Positions 54,901 through 64,000 of a stretch of DNA of 64,000 bases are shown here, one piece after another. The notes under the pieces were generated by a model. The model ran no database searches and was not told where the DNA came from. It saw nothing but the letters and a program-made list of their open reading frames with translations. Location: positions 7,316,001 through 7,380,000 of the forward strand of contig NC_047079.1 in NCBI RefSeq assembly GCF_902459465.1, written 5' to 3'. The position numbers were made by a program, and so were the translations under genes. Numbering within the stretch: position 1 is the first letter of the stretch; every line of letters begins with the position of its first letter. This DNA comes from Asterias rubens. Lineage: Eukaryota.

Positions 54901-56989
54901 CCTGTCAGGGTGATCCCTCTGCTACTGCTTCCAAGGTCGATTCATAATCTTGGGTGTGATCCCTGGCTATAGTAGTTAATATAGAGGTCGTATGTGCAAA
55001 TCCTGAACAGTCAATTTTTAGGGACTGTAAACACAATCGGCATTCAGGGCTCCAGTATTAGGTGGGATTCGAACCAGAGTCCACGGAGGTGAAAGGCAGG
55101 GAGAGAAACCACTCAGCCAACCTGATCTTCGATAATAACTCTCTTAGCTTTGTATATTACCTGCATCTTTGATCGGTTCGGCATTCGTCTCTTGAACCTG
55201 TATTGCATCCCAAGCTGTGGGCGTGTCACTCTTAAAGGAGGGGGTAGGAGATGTAGCTCCTTCTCTTTCACTCAAGATATTATCTTTCCCTGCCTTCTCA
55301 GGGTTGTCATCTCGAAAGACTTTAACCTCGTTATCGTAGTGTCTCGGTTTCCTTTTGACTGATGTTGTGATAAGTTCTTCCGTTCCTGAAATCATAAAGT
55401 TTTCTTTATTTTTAAAGTGGTGAAGTTGATGAAATTTTATGCAACAGGCTCAAAATAAAAATAACAATACTAATACTATTCTTCTTAAATAAAAAATTGA
55501 AAAACTTCACTGGTCTCACAAAGTGTGGATCATGCTTTTGACGATTACCCATGTTTTTGATGTTGGCCAAGTGCAATCGGCATGAATAAAAAAAGGGAAA
55601 GTATTTGCTAAAAGGAAAGTCAAACCAAACATGAAAATAAAACTTATGCAGGGGAAACAAAAACATGGATGTCACATACAAATCACAAATAATCGCTTTA
55701 CATATTGAGCAACTCAAGTTTCATATCATGCTTAGAACAAATATCTTGGAGAAATATAGAAAGTTTCACTCCAAAAGAAAATAACCAAGGACTCTCTGTT
55801 TTGTGACTTAAAGAAAGAAAAACCAAAGGACCTGAAATTAGCAAGAAATAACTTTTAATACCCTGGATTTTATTTTAACTTTTGCTTGGCCAAAAACTTT
55901 ACCAGCAGGATACCATACTCTGACTGGTACCTCGGTCATTACTTGCTTACCCTTAGTCAAGAAATTTGCTTAGCAGAATTTTCCGCTTAACAGCTTTATG
56001 AAGTTGGACCCAGGTTAGCATATTTTGTTGCTTACGTTTCTTGTCCAGTATCTCCTTGCATTTACCGACAGCAACATCGAGTCCAGTTTCTCCATCGTTG
56101 TTAGCCACATTGTGACGACCTCCGTTCTCAAGAAGCGCCTCTAAACAATCTACATGCCCCTCTCTTCCAGCATAGTGGACTGCTGTACAACCATGCAGGT
56201 CATCTTTAGCATTAGGGTCACCTGTAATGGAAGATTCAACTTTCAATTATAAAACGACTGGGGATCAAAGCCTGCTAGCACAAACACTTGCTAACACAAA
56301 TAGATTACCAGCCAAAACTACACTAAGTTTACATTGTTGTGACTGGTGCCACATTCAACTTTTGCTTAGCAAAGAAATTTGTCAAGCAGTGTTACCATAA
56401 ACCTGAACCATAACTAACAATCAAAATGATTTGTCAAGAAAAAAAAAAGCAATCATGCAATTGGGGTCTGTGAAGAAACTGAGCTATCCATCACATTTCA
56501 ACTGTACAACTTCATGAGGCTCAATCAAAATCCAACAATGGCGAAAGGAATTATAAAGCTCATTACATTATTTGTTTGCTTCTTCTTTGATAAGCAATGA
56601 TGCAAGTCATTGTTCAGAGAAAAGTAGTCGGAAGAACACCTTCAATTTTTTTTTTGCGTGTAAGATGAAAAAGGCTACAGAATGGGAGGTGGGGGGAAGC
56701 AAGTGGGGGGTTAAACTTAGTTGCGGTAATCGCAGCCCTCCTCCCAACAGCGGGTTATGGTTATCGCAACTACCTAAACCTGAACCCATTTTCTTTTATC
56801 CTTACCTTTGAACTGAAGTAAAAGTCTGACAATCTCTAAATCGCCATTACTGCATGCTTCATGCAGCGCACTCCATTGGTACAGACCAATTGCGTTGGGA
56901 TCCAAGTCATCCTTGAGGGCACTCTCAACGAGGTTTGTGTCACCATAGCGAACTGCCTCGTGGAGTTTAGTGTCAAGAAAACCCTCCAT
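51931..56989 (-). CDS. Ankyrin-repeat + C2-like domain protein with a long disordered Ser/Pro/Lys-rich C-terminus, 1003 aa, 5 coding exons
   Basis: Exons 56989-56806, 56221-56036, 55385-55161, 54759-54664 and 54251-51931, all GT-AG phase 1, total 3012 nt. Ankyrin motifs TKLHEAVRYGD, WSALHEACSNGDLEIVRLLL and TAVHYAGREGHVDCLEALL. C2-like GHLQLSFEYNSRTSIMKIRVWQLEDL and SIKSRLLPD..KRKT. Confidence 0.85.
54830..55121 (-). mobile_element. tRNA-derived SINE in an intron
   Basis: The minus strand reads TGGCTGAGTGG (A box) and GGTTCGAATCCC (B box) at 55121-55060. It has no full cloverleaf. The extent of the body is approximate. Confidence 0.65.
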
Positions 56990-57657
56990 GTCATGGGGTT
57001 AGATCTTTAAGCCCGCTTGTTGCCTGAAACAGATCTACATGTTTTCTGTGATGAGAAAGATGGGACAATAAATACAATTAAAACTTATATGGAATCATGA
57101 GGCGGAAACATGTGCAAAACAGCATTAACTTATTTCACAGATTCAGATCATTCAGAGGTCAGGTGCTTTTTTAGTTTCCCTGAAATGTTATCTATATGTT
57201 TTAAGACTAAGTCTAGAGTAAGACTAAAAAGAAGGCAAGACAATTATAAAATCTGAAGGAAAGTCTATGGATTTGTCTTGGCACATTAAGACCATGCTGC
57301 ATGCACAGGCAACAATGAATTAAATGATTTCGTTCATCATAAGTTTAGCATGTTTAGCAAATTACCAACTAGACTTGTTGTTAAGTGTTTACATTGTTTT
57401 GTCGGTGTGTTTATCATACAATTGAATTACACCATTGAGGAAGAAATAGCTATTATTCTTACTCCATGATTGACACAATCAATTACATCACCTATCTATA
57501 ATTATAACAACAACACGAGTTGTTTATTGAAAAGAAATCGTTTACTTCTGATGACTGACAATGACATTCGCAGTCGCACCGTTATATTACAAGTTGAAAC
57601 AATTTGCATTATTAGAGTTATTTCATCATTTTCTACTCATCATTATCAGGTATTTAC

Positions 57658-58736
57658 CTTCCCTTGTTCACCTTTACTTCCTTTCGTCTGCGTCCATTTG
57701 TCGTGAAAATGTTGTCATCATTTCTCACGAGACGAGCACAAGTTCCGGGTCCTTGATGTCAACGTACGTGCTGCTATGACGCTAACCTGTCGATCTCACT
57801 AATCAATTCATTACGATAACAGTATAACATCCGGTATTGCTAAATCCACTGGTTAACAAGCTCCCTCAACAAGCACTTTGTGTGTTGACTACGGATACCA
57901 GCGAAAATACAGATTTAAATGGAGCACGTCCTGATTATTGACTTTTCTTTTGTTGCATAGGAGGGGGGATGTGGATTATTTCTTCAGAGTTCACGCTTTT
58001 AGAAAAGTAAGTTAGGATGGAAAATAAAGTTATGGCAAAGATTATTTTGTTATTGTTTTGTTTTGTTTTAATTATAAGGAGATTATTATTTGATTATATT
58101 TGATTCAAAGTTTCTCATAGTTGGAAAGCTGTCCCATGACAAAATTAAAACAAGTACAGTTTTGTTTATTGACTCCATCTCTTCATATGTATTGAATTTA
58201 TTATGGAGGAATACTTTGCCCGATTTTCAGCAAACAGATGGATGGGCGTGGTGTAGGATAGGAGACGGGGAGCACACTTTGTTTTTCATCCCTATTAGGA
58301 ATTTTTTGTGAACTTTGTTCACATGCTTATTTTTGTTTCCTATTATCTCCACTCAGTTTTTGTTCATGTAATTGTAGGAATGAAAAATTAATGCTAACAA
58401 ACCTGGATTTTATATCTGCAAATTTGTTTGTAATAAAGAGGAAGTTTCCTTTAAAAAAACCCAGCTTGCAATTAAGACAGGTTTCCGCCTCGTTCCAATT
58501 GCACTCAATTGGATTATAGTCCAATGCCCTTTGTACGCGTACAGAAATAACGAAACCAGACTCACACTGTAAAATTGAACCATGGGATACAAATGGCGAC
58601 TTGGACCCTGGGTTTGACTTTTGACCGGTGAATGTTGTGCCAACTTAGCCTGTTTTTGCATGATTATCTCTGGGAAAAGTAGGCTGTTTCGGGCAGTTTG
58701 GTTATTCTGAGAGGCTGCAGACTTCACACAGCACGA
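57658..58736. promoter_or_regulatory. Putative bidirectional promoter between the ankyrin/C2 gene (-) and CTDNEP1 (+)
   Basis: Head-to-head arrangement. A minus-strand donor AAG/GTAAAT at 57657 suggests a 5'UTR exon. TCTCACGAGA near-palindrome at 57723-57732; ETS-like TTCCGG and ACATCCGGT nearby. Confidence 0.4.
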
Positions 58737-61700
58737 ATGTCAATGCGAACGATTGTCCTGATGGGAGTGCGGATGGTGTTTTTAGTAGCATCAAAATTGT
58801 GGGAGGCCGTGTGTTATTTGATACGGAAAAATACGAGAAAGGTAAATTGATTTAATTTGAAAACAGAATACAGAATGTTTCTTGCGAATGTTTTTTTGTT
58901 AATGTTTGATTTCAATCAGGAGGGAACCGTTAATGTCATTTTAAAGGTACAATAACTTACTATCCATCATTACTAGCTTGAACGGGAAAAAATTACTAGC
59001 GTTTAAATTAAAATAAACCAAAAAAGCTGTGGTTTGTTAACTTCTTAAAAACCACAAGACATTTCAACAACGGGCATTGTTTTCATTATCTATATAAATT
59101 ATAAAAATAATAAATAAAACTAGTGATTTTTTTAGTTTGTACTCTGGACTCCCCGTATCCTGCCACCAATTTTCCACTCATTTTATAAAAATTATTATAC
59201 CAACAAAAGGATATTTTGAGTAAATTTTCCAATTAAGATTAATGATTGAAATGAAACAATCTGAACAGTGGTTGGTGGACGCATGGTCACTGTGGCAGAG
59301 ACCTTATCGCAAATACCAATGCGCAAGTGCAGACTGTTGAACGAGGTGCATTGTGGGATAGATATGGATCAAATTTGGATACCAGCTAGACCACAATGCA
59401 CCTAATTCCAAGCTTTACGCGCGCCCCAGTGTTTGCGAAAAAGGTCTAGGATAAACGGACATTTTCCCCCACCCAAGTTCCATACCTGTGGCATACTGTG
59501 TAGCCCCATAAATAGTGCCAATCTGTGGAGAGTATACTACACGGTTTCAAAATATTTTTTCATAACACGATAAAAGTGTATAAATAAATCATTTTTAAAT
59601 TTCCCTGTTCGAAAGATTTGTCATGTTTTAAAATACTTTGAAATTATAAAGATCTGTCTGCAGGTAGGCTTAGGCCGACTTTTCAGTTTCCTTTTTGCTT
59701 CCCCCAAAAAAGTTGCATATCTGATTGTCACTACATTTTTGGCCTAATTTTGAATATTGTGTTTGTCATTTTTTTTCTTCAGGTTATTCAGTATCAAACT
59801 ATTCGATATGGCAGTGCACCGCTATCGCCCCTGTCAAGACATAAACTTTGTAAGTAGTACATGTACTGCGTCTCAACAAGTGAAGACATCGTGATATTTC
59901 ATCAAAACCGTGATTTTCCGTGATTTTTAACAAAAAATCAAGACGATATGGAGTTGTTAAAAAATGGTATTGCGAATTTGGATAATATGTGATATCGCTC
60001 AAGCTTAGCCACGACTCATACATTTTTACATGCCTGGTATGCATCGTTTTTGAAAAGACAAGGGTACCACAGCATTTTCTCCTTGGTAAAGGACATCATA
60101 AGGAAATTGTAAATTTCTATCGGAGAATTTCAAGGGCACCAAGGCAACGACCAAGGGATATGGAGGCAATCACCTTCAATGTTACAGTGTTCGTATCAGG
60201 TTTTTCTGTGTGTTTGTGGTGTCTCCGCAAATCTTTGTAGACTGTTTTCCTGCCTTGTAGCCTATATGCACAGTTTCAAATATTCCTTATAACGTTGTTT
60301 GTGATTAACAGTAAACATGTCAACATATAGCCATTGTCTGTTTTGTTTTTTTATGTTTTTAATGTGTCGATGTTTTTACCCTTTTTGTGATCTAATAAAG
60401 ATCAATTGAATTGAATTGAATTGAATTGAACTGATTTGTCTTTTCTTTGCAGCTCTTGTTAAACGCAAGATAATGGTTTTAGATCTAGACGAGACGCTAG
60501 TCCACTCACAGCATGCCAGCCTGATGAGGCCAAACAGACCAAGTATACCTCCTGACTTTGTTCTTAAGGTAAGAAGCGTAACCTTGTACCATACAGGGAA
60601 CACATTTTTGAAGAAAAATCTACAAGATCGCAGGTCGCAGGATTGTCACTTAAAATGTTTACAAGAGCAGGCCTGGGCTTGATTTTCACAAAGCAATCAA
60701 ATCCACCGCAAGATAAATTCTCAGTATCGCCATAGAGATTACTATTGTGACATCACACATTACTAAGCAGCTACGATTGATTTGCAGTTAAGATCAATTC
60801 AGCTCTTTGTGAAATCGGCCCCTGGTACATCATTTGTAAGTGGGACGGCCATATTCATCTTGTAAAGGGCACATCCATGAGAAAGTCTTAAACACTAAAG
60901 GAAATTTCTGAAGGGCACCAAGGCCAGAGGATGACCCTTTGCCTTCTAGTAATTTCAGGCCTGCTGGACCACAAACTTTTTACAAGAATCAAAGAAAAAC
61001 GAAACAAGAAGAAGAACATATAACTGCATTTATTTGCACTATAAAAAGAGATAGTAAGTTGAGTTTATATCGAGAGATATTTATCATATGACTTGTTTGT
61101 TTTTCTGTCCATAGGTTACGATAGATGCTCTTCCAGAGAGATTTTATGTTTACAAAAGACCTCATGTAGATTTCTTCTTGAATGTTGTAAGTATCTAAAA
61201 TCCAATCAGCCCTGTGAAGGCTTCATTTTTGAAAGGGCAAGGGCACCAAGGCATTTTCTCCTTGGTTAAGGGCACCCTATGAGGAAATTGTAAATTGTAA
61301 TTGGAAATGTCAAGGGCACCAAGGCAAAACCAGGGGGGCATGGAGACAATCGTTGTATCAGGCCTGTCAAACTCTCAGGCTCATAATGTACTATTTGACC
61401 TGTATATCCTTGAGAAATGTCGGCATTTTGCAATTTTTTGAGGTCATAAGTACTTTAATCTAGAAACATCCAGGAAGCTGTACCCACAGGAAGTGTTTAT
61501 TTGTTATGGTGTTTTACACTGAACATTATAAATCATGTCCGCTACTTGATTTGTACACTTTTTGTTTCAGTCTTCTGTGACCTAATCACTGCCAGTTGTT
61601 TCTAGGGCATCCTGCTTTAACACCCTTTCATGCACCATTTATTTTGCAAAAAAAAAGGTCACAGTGGTACCATTAATAGTCCTCTTCCTTGTTCAAAAAC

Positions 61701-63665
61701 TTGTGTGGTCAGGTGATCTTTATTTTTCATTTTACAACCACTTTTTGGAAGGAATTTAAACCAGTCGCTAGCGTTCGTGAGAGTTTATAAAACACAGTTG
61801 AAATGAAGTTTAAATTTGTATATTTATTTATTTTTCCCTTTAAAGGTGAGTCGATGGTATGATCTGGTTATATTTACGGCTAGTATGGAAATCTATGGCT
61901 CTCCGGTCGCAGAAAAACTTGACAATGGCAGGGGAACACTAAAAAGGAGATATTATAGACAGGTAACATGTTTTTATATAGATATGGCCAAGAAGGCTTC
62001 ATAAAAACCAACTGTTTCCTGTGTATTGGTTGATGATCTTTCCTGTGGAAGGCTGTTAACAAAATAAAAACTTGTTTCTCCTATAGAAAAAAACTTGAAT
62101 TACCTGTTCTTGCAAAGTGTCATTCACAAGTGTAACATTGGTTCTATCAAATAGGTTATTTTTTTATTCTTTAATGTGTGATTTTGTGTAAACTATACTT
62201 TATCAAAGAGTGCTTTTTACTTGACAAATTTGTCATCGTCCAATTCTGGTTATATTGCACTATTTTATTTATCTATTTGTTTTTGTATGACAGTCACAGA
62301 CTTGGAAATGACATTTTGTACCACAATTTGTAATGCCGTTAGAATTTAAGTTGTTTTGGTCATTGCTGTGTCTGTTTTACAATTTGCCTCAAGCAGTCAT
62401 TGTCAATCTTCAAGATAACCCATGCATACTTGTACATTTGTATTGTTGAAACTTTGTCTTTATTGCCATGAATTTGTTCATTCCTTTGATTTATATGTTC
62501 ACATTTTATTTTTTTATTTAACCTCCTAGTGAGTTGTGTTACCAACCATTTAAACTATTCACCAGTTAGGTTTGTGTAAGGTAGCAATGTGTGCACGACT
62601 CGTGTACCGTAGCACATCAGAACATGATCATATTTTATTGTAGGCTTATATACTTTAACCATATTATAACCATAGTTGGTGATATTGAATAGTAAGACAT
62701 TGGGAGGGTTGAACATGTACTGTGTATATGCACTTAACATTATGATATGATATTGCAGGCTGGTATAGTCATTCCAAACCACAGTGGATGATGTTGAGTG
62801 GTCAGACAGTAGGAGGGTTGACTGTGTGTACTGTCATGACTGTGTGTGTGTAGATGCTTTCATTATTATGATAATATAATGGGAGCTGGCACAGCGTCTA
62901 CAAAATGTATCATTCAAAACCACAATGGATGTTATTAATTGGTCAGACAGTAGGAGGGTTGACTGTGTACTGTTTAATATCTGCCTAATCAGGAGTGTAG
63001 GCCTAGAACATACTCCAATCTAACATATCCAAATTCTTGATGTACATCATCAAAACCTGAATACTCCACTGACATTGTAAAGAGACTAACCAATTTGTGT
63101 CTTGTCTTTTTTCCTCATCAGCATTGTACATTAGATGCAGGCAGTTACACAAAAGACTTATCTGCCGTCAGCTCGGACTTATCAAGTATTTTTATTGTGG
63201 ATAATTCACCAGGTGCATACAAGTTATATCCTGGTAAGTATAGGCTAAATATAAAAACCCTTTGGTAATACTTGCATTCACTGGTACAAAGATATCAACT
63301 AACAGGGAAGGGAGTCTACCAACAAAGGGCTCAGTTGGTAGAGCGCTGGTACGTTAATCCGGAGGTCTTTAGTATAAGTCCCTTTTCTGTGCTTAGCAAG
63401 TTTTTGTGCTTACAGGCTTAACGTCAACACAATCCACTTCTTCAATTCAACCAAGACTGTTATAATTTATTCTTTTGTTATTTCTTTCCTGATTTCTTTC
63501 CCGCACCATACAGACAACGGGATCCCAGTCAAGTCGTGGCTTTCCGACCCAACAGACATCGGTCTACTGAGTCTGCTTCCAATCCTAGACGCCATGAGGT
63601 TTACCAGTGACGTACGCTCGGTACTGCGACGAAACGTCCACACGACGGCTCATCGGACACTCTAG
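58737..63665 (+). CDS. CTDNEP1: CTD nuclear envelope phosphatase 1 (dullard), 246 aa, 7 coding exons
   Basis: Exons 58737-58841, 59783-59849, 60453-60568, 61115-61186, 61846-61962, 63122-63233 and 63514-63665, total 741 nt. N-terminal membrane anchor; HAD motif DLDET; [38 protein letters not shown] and [10 protein letters not shown]. Confidence 0.97.
59300..59446. mobile_element. Stand-alone copy, in reverse orientation, of the MITE nested at 2327-2474
   Basis: GACCTTATCGCAAATACCAATGCGCAAG...GTTTGCGAAAAAGGTC is close to the reverse complement of 2327-2474. Confidence 0.85.
60676..60821. mobile_element. Harbinger-like MITE with a CTG target duplication in CTDNEP1 intron 3
   Basis: ctg-GGCTTGATTTTCACAAAG ... 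CTTTGTGAAATCGGCCC-ctg. Confidence 0.75.
62763..62973. repeat. Dispersed direct duplication of about 70 bp in CTDNEP1 intron 5
   Basis: CATTC(C/A)AAACCACA.TGGATG...GGTCAGACAGTAGGAGGGTTGACTGTGT occurs twice, about 141 bp apart. Confidence 0.75.
63329..63382 (+). mobile_element. tRNA-derived SINE head remnant
   Basis: GCTCAGTTGGTAGAGCG (A box) followed by a decayed B-box region. Not a functional tRNA. Confidence 0.55.
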
Positions 63666-63774
63666 CTTCAGATGTGATGCTTCCAATCCAATGGGCTGCG
63701 TAATGTACACACGACGGCTCATCGGACACTCTAGCTTCAGATGTGATGCTTCCAATCCAATGGGCTGCGTAATG
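63639..63774 (+). repeat. Tandem duplication with a 69-bp period spanning the CTDNEP1 stop codon
   Basis: 67 identical bp at 63639-63705 and 63708-63774. Confidence 0.92.
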
Positions 63775-64000
63775 AACATGTTATTATTATTATTATTGTC
63801 ATAGTAAGTTTGTAAAAAAAATTAAAAAAAAAAACTTTAGAGAAAACTGAAACCTGTTTGATGGGTTTTGTTTTTGGTTCAATGGTATTTGTTTATGATA
63901 TACAGTAATGAGTAAAGTGGTGACCCCCCTCAAAGCAAAGGTCAAAGTTGGCCATAATTAGGTCAAGTGACAGCCCCTGTTTTGTGTGTGAAAAAACAAA

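Noticed and set aside
55058-55121. Possible tRNA gene
   Set aside because: A and B boxes are present, but there is no proper acceptor or anticodon stem. It is better explained as a SINE head, as are 2028-2151 and 63329-63382.
63585-63804. Overlapping ORFs with internal repeats
   Set aside because: They are produced by the 69-bp duplication at the CTDNEP1 3' end.

Overview
Eukaryotic, intron-containing, AT-rich genomic DNA. An invertebrate deuterostome, most likely a sea star, is inferred from the repeat families and gene types and is not proven. There are no rRNA genes, true tRNA genes or CRISPR arrays. Genes, left to right: (1) a C-type lectin with a single coding exon whose C-terminal PAN/apple-like domain appears frameshifted; (2) a 5-exon, two-TM guanylyl cyclase with an extracellular NIT-like sensor domain and a repetitive Glu/Lys tail; (3) a ~21-kb cluster of immunoglobulin-superfamily type-I receptors with intronless CDSs (28.5-49.4 kb), made up of 4 intact 3-Ig genes, 1 transposon-split gene, 2 truncated fragments and a divergently oriented 1-Ig gene; (4) a 5-exon ankyrin + C2-like protein gene; (5) a complete 7-exon CTDNEP1/dullard gene head-to-head with it. 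The most interesting system is the Ig cluster. Its members carry ITIM-like, ITAM-like or Grb2-type tails, sequence variation is concentrated in a 6-Cys V-like domain, and there are clear ectodomain/tail mosaics and recombination scars. This looks like a rapidly evolving paired activating/inhibitory receptor locus. Intergenic and intronic DNA is full of MITEs (Kolobok-like TTAA, Harbinger-like CWG, Tc1/pogo-like TA, EnSpm-like), tRNA-derived SINEs and degenerate minimal hammerhead-ribozyme motifs of the Penelope type.
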